From: Methanocorpusculum sp.
Lineage (GTDB): Archaea; Halobacteriota; Methanomicrobia; Methanomicrobiales; Methanocorpusculaceae
Direction of reading: 5' to 3'
Assembly: GCA_017408885.1 (NCBI GenBank)
Contig: JAFQTT010000011.1
Coordinates: 95,567 to 119,566 of the forward strand
DNA length: 24,000 bases
The notes below the pieces were generated by a model that searched no databases, was not told the origin of the DNA, and worked only from the letters and a program-made list of their open reading frames with translations. This document shows positions 23,437-24,000 of this stretch, in pieces (the first letter of the stretch is position 1; the number at the start of each line of letters is the position of its first letter). Position numbers and translations under genes: made by a program.

Positions 23437-24000
23437 ATGATTCTGGTAGATTGGGAAATTGCTGACCACATCAAACGCGGCTTTATTAAAATTGATCCAT
23501 ATGATCCGGCACTTGTTCAGCCGAACTCACTTGATATCCGTCTTGGAAACCATTTTGTGTGGTATGAGCCGTGTGATGATGTAATCGATCCGTTCAACCG
23601 CGAGACTCTCCATACTCATGTTCAGGAGAGAAAGAGTGCATACTTTGATATTATGCCGGGACAGTTTGTCTTAGCAGAGACTCTTGAGTGTGTTACTCTC
23701 CCGGACAATATTGTCTCTTCTATTGAGGGAAAGAGCAGTGTTGCACGTCTTGGAATTGAGCTTCACCAGACCGGAGGATGGATTGATGCAGGTTTCTCCG
23801 GTACTATTACTCTTGAGATGTGCAATTCAAACTGCCGGCCTGTCAGAGTGTATGCCGGTATGCCGATTGGTCAGCTTGTATTCTATGTCACAAAGCGTTG
23901 TGAGTGTCCGTACGATAAAAAGCCGGATGCAAAGTATCAGAACCAGAAGGACGCAACTATTTCCCGCTACGATAAGAACACTCTGAAAAACGTTGAGTAA
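23437..24000 (+). CDS. dcd: dCTP deaminase (dUTPase-superfamily; possibly a bifunctional dCTP deaminase/dUTPase)
   Basis: [46 protein letters not shown] and [10 protein letters not shown] are typical of Dcd. The real start is the internal ATG of track ORF 23158..24000. TAA stop at 23998-24000. Confidence 0.88.
   Translation: MILVDWEIADHIKRGFIKIDPYDPALVQPNSLDIRLGNHFVWYEPCDDVIDPFNRETLHTHVQERKSAYFDIMPGQFVLAETLECVTLPDNIVSSIEGKSSVARLGIELHQTGGWIDAGFSGTITLEMCNSNCRPVRVYAGMPIGQLVFYVTKRCECPYDKKPDAKYQNQKDATISRYDKNTLKNVE

Noticed and set aside
1-24000. Visual search for tRNA, rRNA, CRISPR arrays, C/D or H/ACA sRNAs, IS transposases, integrases and known defence genes
   Set aside because: None was recognised. 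The intergenic gaps lack T-loop and anticodon-arm patterns, regularly spaced repeats and C/D box pairs. All long ORFs are accounted for by housekeeping or hypothetical genes.

Overview
Archaeal chromosomal segment, most likely from a Methanomicrobiales-type methanogen. The taxonomic call rests on gene content: PAN with a C-terminal HbYX tail, MCM helicase, class III signal-peptide pilins, an archaeal-type MptD-like aldolase and a CitG-like/DUF447 pair. Most of the window is tightly packed housekeeping: topA (5' end cut by the window), a SPOUT methyltransferase, adenine deaminase, CBS-type family II pyrophosphatase, pan, mcm, purB, hom and dcd. Many genes are translationally coupled through ATGA or TAATG overlaps. 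No rRNA, tRNA, CRISPR array, transposase or integrase was seen. The accessory-looking part is about 3.5-7.1 kb. It holds an operon of four tandem pilin-like genes, a triple-hairpin candidate RNA and a roughly 356-bp hairpin-studded imperfect palindrome, all bracketed by an exact 24-nt direct repeat that duplicates the 3' end and terminator of the neighbouring gene. Other points worth a second look: a wHTH protein fused to a TiaS-kinase-like domain; a Dus-like TIM-barrel protein with a duplicated SLAFCC cysteine motif next to CitG-like and DUF447 genes; a perfect 20-bp direct repeat upstream of mcm; an unlisted 58-aa ORF; and an unknown ORF coupled to pan. All functional calls come from motif recognition by eye, and no database search was run.
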